Positions 1 through 11,056 of a stretch of DNA of 64,000 nt are shown here, piece after piece. Position 1 is the stretch's first letter. Every line of letters begins with the position of its first letter. The position numbers and the translations under genes were made by a program. Source of the DNA: Parasitella parasitica NRRL 2501 (Eukaryota > Fungi > Mucoromycota); assembly GCA_025201805.1 (NCBI GenBank), contig MU619332.1:1-64000 (forward strand), written 5' to 3'. The notes beneath the pieces were generated by a model that saw only the letters and a program-made list of their open reading frames with translations, had not been told where the DNA came from and did no database searches.

Positions 1-913
1 ACGATTTTTCCTCCCTAGACTTACAGGGCCAAAATGGAGCCATTCAAAAGGGTAAAAAACCATAGTGTTTTTCGCCATTATCTCGCTCAAAAATTGAAAT
101 TTTTTAACGAAACAAAAACCATTCCGTAGCTATTTTGTAGCTCTATGTTTTTATTGCTATATCATGTATTTTTGAATACCATCTATTGCTTTGAAAGTTA
201 TGAAAATAAATCCAGCCTCTGCTAAAAACATATGAAAAAATATTTTTTTCTACATTTATATCTAAAAACTAATACATCTAGTAGAAAATCAAGTTTTCAA
301 AAGATTTTGATAATAACTCAAACTAAGGTGTCTTAGTAGTTTCTTGAGAAAAACGCAGACAAAGTTTTGTTTTAAAAGACAAAATTGACTCAAGCTTGTC
401 TAATACGAGCTTCACTAAGACATGTTCAATACCGGTAGGTGTAACAAAACGTGCTTTATTACTTTATTTATGAACTCGAACATGATTTAATTACAAAATT
501 TGGTGTTTGTAATAGGAACATATGCCGTAAAATCTTGAAAATTTGCAAAATCTGGTTTTCGCAATATCTCGACGGCAAAGATGGATACCGAGAATTAGAA
601 GACGCGGTGAGGCACAGCCATCACACCAATACTTGAATGCATAGTTGGCTTGGACCCGAAATTCGTGCCTAAAAATGACCCTGAAGGTTGACTCAAAGTT
701 GAAAACTGAAAATTGAATGTGAGGTTTGGGGTCCAAACATAGCAAAATCTGAAAAATGGCCAGAGGTGCATAAAACTCGGATATGTTGTAGAATACTGCA
801 AAAAAAGAAGATTTTGGCTGAAGGTTGTGTTTCTATCGCTTAATAGTTTGTAAAAATATCAGAGATTGTAGATTATGCTTTTAAGCGGGGAAAAAGGTGA
901 TGGTCATGATTAG
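1..913. repeat. Left arm of large inverted repeat (probably continues beyond window start)
   Basis: Position i pairs with 4857-i; the three ORF-track translations in the two arms are identical and spot checks show no mismatch until 914/3943. A diverged extension continues to ~1175. Confidence 0.95.
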
Positions 914-1325
914 GTGACATTTATTTTAATCAAAACATAAAGCTACATAAAATAGCTTTAGAAGTCATATTTTACAGCATCTTCGCTATTGATTCCTATT
1001 TATACATATTCTGAGTACTTATGCAGTTGATGGTTTGCTCCTGAATTCTAATAGGTGCTTCACTGCTGAAGGTCCATATAAGCAGTAGTAAATTTAAGCT
1101 CAGAAATATGTTGTCATTGCAACTTGCATACATCCCAAATTTTCATAGTTTGATATCTCGAAAAATAAATAAGTGTTTTTTGTTAGTCTTTAAATTCTGC
1201 ATCAAACCATATTCATTATATTAGGCTTGAAACACCTTGCAGTGAACCGCTGTAAAGAAGTATAAAAATCAAGATGCAATTAAAATCTTTCTTTATTTTG
1301 AAAGTAGATTAAATGTGCAATAGGC

Positions 1326-1540
1326 TGTAGTTTTACATCTCAATTTATATAATTTTTTGGGTGTCGTCTCTTACTAGCAGAGAATTGTATCGTTATTTCT
1401 TATCACTATGACCCTATAGATGTTCCAGGAGGTGAAAGCATCAGATGGTCTCATATGAGCCTGTTTTGAAGATGCACTCAATGAAACGGTAATTTAGAGC
1501 TTCGGTGCTCTCATGAAAACATCCAAATATTAAAACGACA
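1326..1540. mobile_element. Possible short MITE/solo-LTR-like insertion
   Basis: Ends tgtagtttta ... taaaacgaca (9/10 inverted match); aggct occurs at both junctions; internal small hairpins. Confidence 0.3.
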
Positions 1541-2134
1541 GGCTTTCCCCCCCCCCACTAAATAGCACATCTCTGGGCATAATAATTTGATTTTTTAGGC
1601 ATAAAAATTGGTTTTTATTATTAATTTCTTTTTGATTAGCATTGATATTTGCAATGATATAGAATGCTACGGTAGGTACTATAGGCACTTAAGTTTATCA
1701 TCACCCTTGTTTAGAAACTTACCTTTCAAATAGATGTCCTCTTTACTCTACTGTGTCATGAGAGAAGAAATGGTGTTTGTAGCATGTTTCTTTTTATTTT
1801 TGAAGCTCAGTAGGATATTGACAGTTGATGTTTATTTTCTTTGATGTTATTATGGTCGAATTGGTGGAAAGGGCTCAAAATATGGAATGAAAGGCTCTCA
1901 ATTTGGATTTCATCTAATTAACAATAGCAATAACCACATATATATCTTTCTTACAACTGAAACAACAAGAATGATGTCAACAAAATCATCTCTTCAATCA
2001 CATTCTTGTATTTTATTTTATTTTATTTTAATTTCTTATCATATTCAAGCATCTGCCGCAGAGATTGCAAAATTTTCTACTTAGTCATTTAGTATAAATA
2101 TCTCTTTCAATTGCAAGATTCTAATAAAAAACAT

Positions 2135-2556
2135 GATCTGCCATAATTATAGACAGGAGATCATTGGCAATGTACTTCAATTGAGGATTGAAGATTGTCC
2201 AATGATGTGATGTGATACGCTTGTGTAAATTGGAGAATAAAGTCTCTGTTTTAAATCAAGAAGGTTATTCCTGTAAGTAACACAGATCTGAGCACCGCGT
2301 ACCAGGATAAAGGTTAAGGCTCTGTCAGATCAAAAAAGACGTATAGCTCTTGCTGTATAACCTCATATCGTACCCTGTCAAGTAGATTGTCACTGTGAAT
2401 TAGTCTTGTCAATTATTAGGAATCTAAATAAGTCACCATAAATTTATGTAGTTGTAAAAAGTATAAATAGCAGATGCAATTTCGATCTTAAATAAAGTAT
2501 CTTTAAGTTTTCGTATCTCGTTAACATTTGGTTTTTATTATCTTTTTAACCCAACA
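2135..2556 (+). mobile_element. LTR remnant, family A (5' end truncated)
   Basis: Near-identical to rc of 62242-63193 once the nested insert is removed; TATA-like gtataaatag (2461), aataaa (2491), ends ccaaca. Confidence 0.8.
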
Positions 2557-2906
2557 CTCCTATTATAGGGAAGATGGCAATATTTTATGACGGCAATCTA
2601 GTCTAGCTCATTTCATTGAGTTTATTTGAGTTTGGCTTCCGGTTGGGAAATTGACACATCAGATACAAAAATATTATCCAAATATTGGTCGTCGTCGATG
2701 GAATTACAGAAGAAAGACCTATGAGGTATGACCTTGATATAACATCTGCCACCATACATACATTCTTATAGACAATCCAAAGGTTGGCAAAAACACTTAG
2801 AAAACTTATCCTACTAGATATCTATTTATTTTTTGAGATATGAAGCCATGAAAATTTGGAATGAATGCTAGTAGCAACGGCAAGATATTTCTGAGCTTGA
2901 ACTTAC

Positions 2907-3763
2907 TGTGAAATACATTCACCATGATGATCTGCATTCCACTTCTAGATTCATCCAGTTACCTTAAATTGATATAAACTACATATGCGCACAGATAATA
3001 AGATGTGCAATACAGATTTATACTATATAAGATATAAGCTAGAGATGGCACCATTAGGATGGATGACGCTATAGACTGATACTTATATCTCGACACGAGC
3101 CTTAGACATTTACTAGATTTAGTATATGCTACGAGCTTATGCTATATAAGATCGATGCTTCAGATGCGTATTCCCAGTTTCTAGATACGCACTACAAGAC
3201 ATATACTTATATCCATGATACTAGCTACAGATGCATCATGTACTTCAGACTTGTACAATATGTGCAATGCTATAGATATGCTTATGACATGCTATAGACG
3301 TGCTACATACAGTATACCGATATATGCTAAGATGAATACCAAGTGATATACACTCAGACATGTACTATTAATATAGACTGGATAAGACTATACATGGTAT
3401 GATATACGCTTATGAATCGATAATAATAATCTTCGCATAGAAGATTGATCAGGGTACTACCTCGGGTAAAGTCTCTCTCCTGACTCAAATATATTTAAGT
3501 TATCTTGAGTCTGCTGATATGTAGGTTAGCACAAAGTTAAGATGCTAGTTACGCAGTATTGTCGTACATGTTAAATTGCGAGAGTAGAACATTTATCCAC
3601 AGTTTAAGTATATAAAGGTTTATCTACCTGGCCAGTAGATGAACTGAGCGATATACACCTGTCGATTTGATAATAAAACCTATACCTTATCAAGTTGACT
3701 TTATTGTTTTTTTATTATAATTTTTTTCCGTGAATCCATATAACAATTTATACCGATTCCACA
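2907..3763 (+). mobile_element. Solo LTR, family B
   Basis: TGTG...CACA ends; flanks cttac/ctaac (4/5 TSD); interrupts sequence that is continuous in the left arm (~1085-1095); second copy at 56876-57690. Confidence 0.8.
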
Positions 3764-3943
3764 CTAACCACTGCAAATATAGACTATTAACAGCAAGCTA
3801 CTTATTTAAATTGGGAAGCAAAACATGAACTTGATAAACAATCTGGTTATGTCATGATATGAGTTGATAGCCAAAATGTTCTAAAAAATGACTTCAAAGG
3901 CTAATTTTATGTAGCTTTATGTTTTGGTTAAAATAAATCCCAT

Positions 3944-4856
3944 CTAATCATGACCATCACCTTTTTCCCCGCTTAAAAGCATAATCTACAATCTCTGATA
4001 TTTTTACAAACTATTAAGCGATAGAAACACAACCTTCAGCCAAAATCTTCTTTTTTTGCAGTATTCTACAACATATCCGAGTTTTATGCACCTCTGGCCA
4101 TTTTTCAGATTTTGCTATGTTTGGACCCCAAACCTCACATTCAATTTTCAGTTTTCAACTTTGAGTCAACCTTCAGGGTCATTTTTAGGCACGAATTTCG
4201 GGTCCAAGCCAACTATGCATTCAAGTATTGGTGTGATGGCTGTGCCTCACCGCGTCTTCTAATTCTCGGTATCCATCTTTGCCGTCGAGATATTGCGAAA
4301 ACCAGATTTTGCAAATTTTCAAGATTTTACGGCATATGTTCCTATTACAAACACCAAATTTTGTAATTAAATCATGTTCGAGTTCATAAATAAAGTAATA
4401 AAGCACGTTTTGTTACACCTACCGGTATTGAACATGTCTTAGTGAAGCTCGTATTAGACAAGCTTGAGTCAATTTTGTCTTTTAAAACAAAACTTTGTCT
4501 GCGTTTTTCTCAAGAAACTACTAAGACACCTTAGTTTGAGTTATTATCAAAATCTTTTGAAAACTTGATTTTCTACTAGATGTATTAGTTTTTAGATATA
4601 AATGTAGAAAAAAATATTTTTTCATATGTTTTTAGCAGAGGCTGGATTTATTTTCATAACTTTCAAAGCAATAGATGGTATTCAAAAATACATGATATAG
4701 CAATAAAAACATAGAGCTACAAAATAGCTACGGAATGGTTTTTGTTTCGTTAAAAAATTTCAATTTTTGAGCGAGATAATGGCGAAAAACACTATGGTTT
4801 TTTACCCTTTTGAATGGCTCCATTTTGGCCCTGTAAGTCTAGGGAGGAAAAATCGT
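3944..4856. repeat. Right arm of large inverted repeat
   Basis: Reverse complement of 1-913 (e.g. 4801-4856 equals rc of 1-56). Confidence 0.95.
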
Positions 4857-7280
4857 AGATTGAATCTGGTCGAGGTAAGAATTTGATTATTGGCAGAAAT
4901 AATAAAGCTATAGTTGTGAACAAGATATTAATGTGTAAGTATTGACATGATGGTTTGTTTGGTCAAGTTTATAGAGCTGAAAGTGCTCAAAATATGTTTG
5001 CTTTTACTCAAAAACTATCAAAAAGTGCGTTTTTCGGATATTTGAAAATCGGTAATAAGAAAAAGTGTTTATATAGTCCTGTCATCTATATGGTTAGATG
5101 CAGAATTCATTTTTTATTATAAAACACTTAGTACACATATTCGATATACCTATTATGTTTTTGAGCTATCCAGCAATGAACTAATGCAAAAATTCTTCAA
5201 TTCTGGTTTGGGTCAAATGGAAACACACCGCTGGGATTGAATTTACAGCCTCTTTTCTCACTGTAAATGAGAACACCGCCTATTTTCAATTGAGGAGCAA
5301 AGGCTGATTCTATTAGGTAACTTTGGTATGTCTCAATATAAATCGATAGCTAAGATATTGTATAATACGGGGGCTCAAAAACCATTTTTATATACCTTCA
5401 TTTTTTAATGAAATAAATACCACTAAATCTAAAGCATTACCTTTTTCTCCGCTAAAAGATCCAAGTTGAAATCTCTGATATCTTTACAAGCTATTAAGCG
5501 ATAGAGACACAAACTTCAGCCAAAATCTTCTTTTTTTGCACCATTCTACAATATATCCGACTTTTATGCACGTCTAGCCATTTTTCAGATTTTGCTATGT
5601 TTGGACCCCAAACCTCATAATCAATTTTCAATTTTCAACTTTGGGTCAACCTTCAGGGTCATTTTTAAGCACGAATTTCGGGTCCAAGCTAACTATGCAT
5701 CCAAGTATTGGTGTGATGGCTGTGCCTCACCGCGTCTTCCGATCCTCGATATCTATCTTTGCTGTCGAGATATTGCCAAAACCAAATTTGGCAGAGTTGG
5801 CAGATTTTACAGCGTATATTCCTATAACAAGTACCATATTTTGCAATTAAATCATGTTCAAGTTCCTAAGTTAAGTAATAAATCACGCTTTGGTACACCT
5901 ACTGGTATTATACATGTCGTATCTAAGCTCGAATTCGACAAGCTTGAACCAATTATGTCTTTTTACGCTAAATTTTGTTCTCCTGTTTCTCAACTAACCA
6001 TTAGGACACTTTGGCTTAGGTGATTATTAAAATGTGTTTGAAACTTAGTTTTCTACTCGTTGTATTAGTTTTAGATTGATATGTCGAAAAAATATTTTCT
6101 TCATATGCTTTTAGAAGGGGCTTGATTTATTTTCATAACATTCAAGGCAATAAATGTTATCTGAAAATACATGATACAGCAATGCAAAAATAGAGCTACA
6201 ACATAGCTACCTAATAATATTTTTTTGGTCAAAAAATACCAATTTTTGAGTGAGAAAATCTCAAAAAACAGAATTGACTTTTACCCATTTGAATGGCTTC
6301 ATTTTGGCCCTCTAAACATAGGACTGAGAAATTGTAAATTCATTTTGGTCGCGACAAGATTTCGATTTCTAGCAGAAAAAATAAAGCCACAGTTGTAAAC
6401 AAGATATTGATGTGTAGGTATTGACATGACGGTTTGCTTGGTCAGCTTTATAGAGCTGAATGTGCTCAAAATATGCTTGATTTTACTTAAAAACTATCAA
6501 AAAGGGGGGTTTTTGAATATTTGAAAATTGGTAATATGAAAAAGTGTTTCTATAGCCTTGCAATATATATGTTTAGATGCAGAATCCATTTATTGTCACA
6601 ACACACTTATTACGCATATCCGATATACTTATTATTTTTTTGAGATATCTAGCAATAAACTACGAAATATCATGGAATTTGGGTTTGGACCAAATGGACA
6701 CACAGTGCTGAGATTCAAACTACAGCCTATTTTGCCGCTGAGAATGAGTGCACCATCTATTCTCAATTTGGGAACACAGCACGACTCTAATTGTTGGCAA
6801 CTTGGGTATGTCTCAATACGAATCGATAGCCTTGATACTGCATATAACACGGATTCAAAAACCATTTTTATTTACCTTCATTTTTGGACAAAGTATATAC
6901 CACTAAATAAGAGATATAACCTTTTTCACGCTTAAAAACATAATTTGCAATTATTGATATCTTTACAAAATATTAAGCTATGGAAACACTTTTCAGCCAA
7001 AATATTTCCCGTTTGAACTATTCTACAACATATCCAATTCGCAAATATTTCTGACCAGCCATGATTCAGATTTTGCTATGTTAGTTTTTGGACCCCACAC
7101 CTTATATTCGATTTTCAATTTTCAACTTTGGGTCAACTTTCAGGATTGTTTTGATGTACTAATTTGGGGTCCAAGAAAAGTATACATCCTTTAGTACTAG
7201 TACAATAATTGTATTTCATCACGCTCTCCGAATGCCAATATCTATCTTAATCGTCAAGATACTGCCAAAAGCAAGTTTTT
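3961..7280. repeat. Diverged tandem repeat, 1480-bp unit (about 2.2 copies); foldback/long-TIR-like DNA
   Basis: Homologous starts ctttttcccc gcttaaaa (3961), ctttttctcc gctaaaag (5441), ctttttcacg cttaaaaa (6921), spaced exactly 1480 bp; paralogous ORF-track peptides at 4112 and 5592. Confidence 0.9.
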
Positions 7281-10200
7281 GCTGATTTTATATGAAGTTA
7301 TGCGGATAATGATTGAACAAGATTTGGTTTTAGTATAAAAAGAGATGCCTTATCTTATGTCTATAAACGTCTGCAGTTGCCTTTTTGGAGTTTATTCAGA
7401 AAGTCTTTATCACGTTAAAATAACACGTTTACTACACAACATTTCGCTGTGCTCTTTATATTAGGAAAATGGAGATGATTTTCCATATTTAAAGAGAACA
7501 CATTCTAAATTATACAGGAAAGATGTTCTTTAAAACAGATTATATATAATCGCAACGGTCGCTTGTCAGACTCAAATTCAGGAACAACTCGATTTGTGTC
7601 AATAGTGACAGAAAGCTTTTGGTATGTAGTATACCCGACCTAAAAAGAAAAAGCCTTCTTGTGATGAGAGGTATATTTTTTTGTTGTTTTTGCTCCACTC
7701 GATCAATGAACTGAACAAATATTCAGCTTAAGTGTAAAGACACTGCTAACAACAACCTAGAGCATACTACTTATTATCTATTAGCATTAGAAGTACTGTA
7801 TGTCATCCACAATTTTTGTTCATACATTAAAACTATGCGAAATCGGGCATTTTGGGCTAAAAACAAATTTCGGTTTTTTCCTGTTTTGTCCATTAATTTT
7901 TCGATACAATTTACTTTAATCATTGCAAAGTTACATAGAGTACCAAATTTTGTATCAATTTGTCGTAGATTATGCTTGGAGACTACTTGTGATAAATTTG
8001 GTATCAAATATGCAATTAAAAAGCTTACAAAATGATTTTTTTTGGCAGACTGATCCATTTAATACAAAAAAATACACATCCTTTTTTAAATTCAGCTTTG
8101 TGCTCAATCAAAGGCTTAGGAGGTATTGCTGGTAATTATACCACGATAAATCAGTACTGAACCATCTCTCTTTCAAGAAACCAGCAGTGCTAAAAGATAG
8201 ATCAGAATTACTATATTATGAATACAATACCAATAAAAAGCACAAATATGTTAATACCATAGTATTTTCAAAATGATACTGCTGTATGTCGTAAATTTGG
8301 CAATTTTGATTTGTTGTACTCGGCAATGTGGAGACAAGAGATGTCGATTGTAATGCACCATTCAAATGCTACAATGCATTCAAACTTGGCTGTCATAATT
8401 AGAAGTCTAGAGAAGAACTATGCGACTTGAAATAGCTGTTTTTCCTATTTTGTCATATTTTCATCGAGGCTTTAAATTGAAATAACTTTTCATTCAAGCA
8501 ACCAATTTTCAAATCATAAAAAGTATCATATCCCACAACATCAAGGCTATCTCATTACATAGCTTTGGTACACCAGTTTACAGTTTTTCCCTTAATTTTG
8601 TCACTTTATATTGTTTACTGGTTTGCACGCATTTACTGTTTACGCGATAATACAGTCACTGTTAGGCGCATTAAAAAATAGCAACCCATCCCACCTTTTT
8701 TTTGCTGCTTTTTTACTACTTCTATAAAGCTATTATTTTACTATCATATACTCTTATTATACTTGATTATTTACGATACAAACGCGTGTACTTTGTGTTC
8801 ATTGTTGCTGGTATTATACATTCTACCTCTTTAATTCTGGATAAAGTCGATTTTTTTCCTTGAAAACAGTAAATATTACCCACATTTTTTGAAAGACCAT
8901 AACTGACACTTTTATACACGTTTCCTATAGAACCTATCACAAGAAAACAATATACAGGATGGCGTGTTTCTAGTGCAGTAGTTCATTCAGGTATTATCAT
9001 ATTTATTATTCTGTTTTTGCAAGTGCTTTTTTACTAACTGAAAAATCTTTTTTGTTCTACATTTGTAGATTTGGTTCTCTCTTCATGTCAAGTGGATGGC
9101 CTATCACTGAAACTTGACATGAGGTCTTTATCCGGGTCATACAGGAGCATGCAGGCTGTTTCTACTCATCGACTGTGCTTGCCCTAGCAGTTCTTGAGAT
9201 GGGCCATTTTATCCCAAGCCGTGAAGTGTGGTAAGGCATTTTTCAGCTATTTAGGGGGGTATTCATTGAAATTTTACCAATTTCTATTTTTGGTCGAATT
9301 TCAAGCTCCGCCCTACATCAAAACAGGGGGAAACCCTGTTTTTTTGTTTTTAGGATTAAGGTGTTTACTTAGCCAAATTAATCGTGCGATTTATAATTTT
9401 TCAGCACTTTTTTATGTGTATTTAATTTTTACACGAAAAATAAAGATAAAAACCATAATAAACACAACTAAAAAAATACATCATAATCTTCCCACTTTAT
9501 TTGAACATAGACAATTAGCATGACTGAACTTATATTGAAACGTAAAGCTGATTCATAACGAACATTTAATGTAGTTTCAATCCATTGTTTATGTAACGAT
9601 ACTTTCATTTATTACTTCATCATCGTCCCATATTACCATTCTTTAAATCAGCATTGATGCATCAATAATCCTAAAACCGGGTGTCAAAGAATAAAACATC
9701 GGATCATGTAAGAATATGCCATTTGGGATAGATGCCATCTACCATATCCCCCGAATATCATTTATCCTCGCATCGCTTCCCTCAGTTCGTAAAAACTATA
9801 TAAGCTTTTTACCTTTGAATAATACGAAAATTTCAGTGTTTAAGAGGAGGAAACCTTTGATAAACTTTATTTAATGCTTTATTAACAAGCGTGTCTAATA
9901 TTTTCTAGTTTTATTGCAAACCGCTACAAGAAAAAATAGCTTTATGCCTATCTTCTTATCATAATTAAAATGATATTATCCTTATTATTGACCACAAGAA
10001 GCTCAATTTCTTGTATGAAGACTTAAATAGAAGGATTGCCATCACAGATTATACTATGAAGCATTACTAGTTGACCACAATCTATGCTATTTTATTTCCT
10101 TTTAAAGAACAAAGAACAACAATATTGATGCCATAAACATTTAATAAAATAGCTTTATTAACGGACAAAAAAGAATCTGTTGAATAATAATAATAAAGTA

Positions 10201-10330
10201 AGCGTATGGTATTTCTCCTATTTGAATATTTTAATGTGCTGATTAGCCAGCAAAGAAAGAAGAGGCATTATAAAAATTACAACTGTGGAAGCATATTATT
10301 GCTCATAAAAGATAACTTTCATGATTGCCC

Positions 10331-10408
10331 TTATCTTTTTCGTTTCTTCATGGGCTGCAAAGGATTTTGATGTTTTTGTTCTTGTAATTGATATAACTGT
10401 TGTAGTCT

Positions 10409-10453
<45 letters not shown>

Positions 10454-11056
10454 ATGACTATGGTAGCTTTCATTTTGCATTAATCCAATGGGTAGAGGCA
10501 AATGATTAACATTCGGTGTAGTCGGTGATACCATACTATGATATTGATGGGAGGAAGAGGTGGATGAAGAAGAAGTATGAGGGTGATGGGAAAGATATGA
10601 TGCAATTTTAGTGGCATCTACCGGCAAAGCTGCTGGTAGATTGTGTATGGAAGGAAGTCTATTATTATTAATGTAGTTGCTTTTAGTTAAAAAGTTATTG
10701 ACTGCAATGGGATCTAAATCGTGAACATGTAATTGGAATTGTAAGATAGTTTTCAACATGTCTTCAATTGCCTTGAGTCTATCTTCAATGGCTTCCAGAG
10801 CTATTTTCGAAGGTCCTCCATGATTTCGTTTATCGTCCGCTTGTGAAGCTGTTGGATAAACACAGGCAGTGCTTGACTTTTGACAATTTCTACATGGTTG
10901 TTCTCCATTACACTTTGTTTTTTTACGACGACATTCTCCACATGCACTCATTATTTTGGCTCGTTTTTTCCGAGGTTCCACCGTTGTTGCGGCTGATGGA
11001 TTAGCAGCTTCATGGTGTTGTGGTAGTGGTTGTTGCTGCAATATGTCCTGAGGCAT
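10331..11056 (-). CDS. Zn(II)2Cys6 transcription factor with poly-Q tract
   Basis: ACGECRRKKTKCNGEQPCRNCQKSSTACVY binuclear cluster, coiled coil LEAIEDRLKAIEDML, poly-Q, C-terminal KKRKR; intronless 241 aa. Confidence 0.93.

Noticed and set aside
451-6935. Short ORFs in the inverted and tandem repeats
   Set aside because: Overlap on both strands, mostly non-ATG starts, frames not kept between tandem copies; repeat-derived.
7460-7660. Possible transposase N-terminal relic beside the tandem array
   Set aside because: No diagnostic motif in one frame.
9081-9124. Hairpin with nearby TGA as a possible SECIS/selenoprotein signal
   Set aside because: No AUGA/GA core and no selenoprotein-like frame.
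9719-9739. DGIYPKW on the minus strand, like the PIF/Harbinger transposase motif
   Set aside because: Surrounded by stops with no other transposase motif; could be chance.
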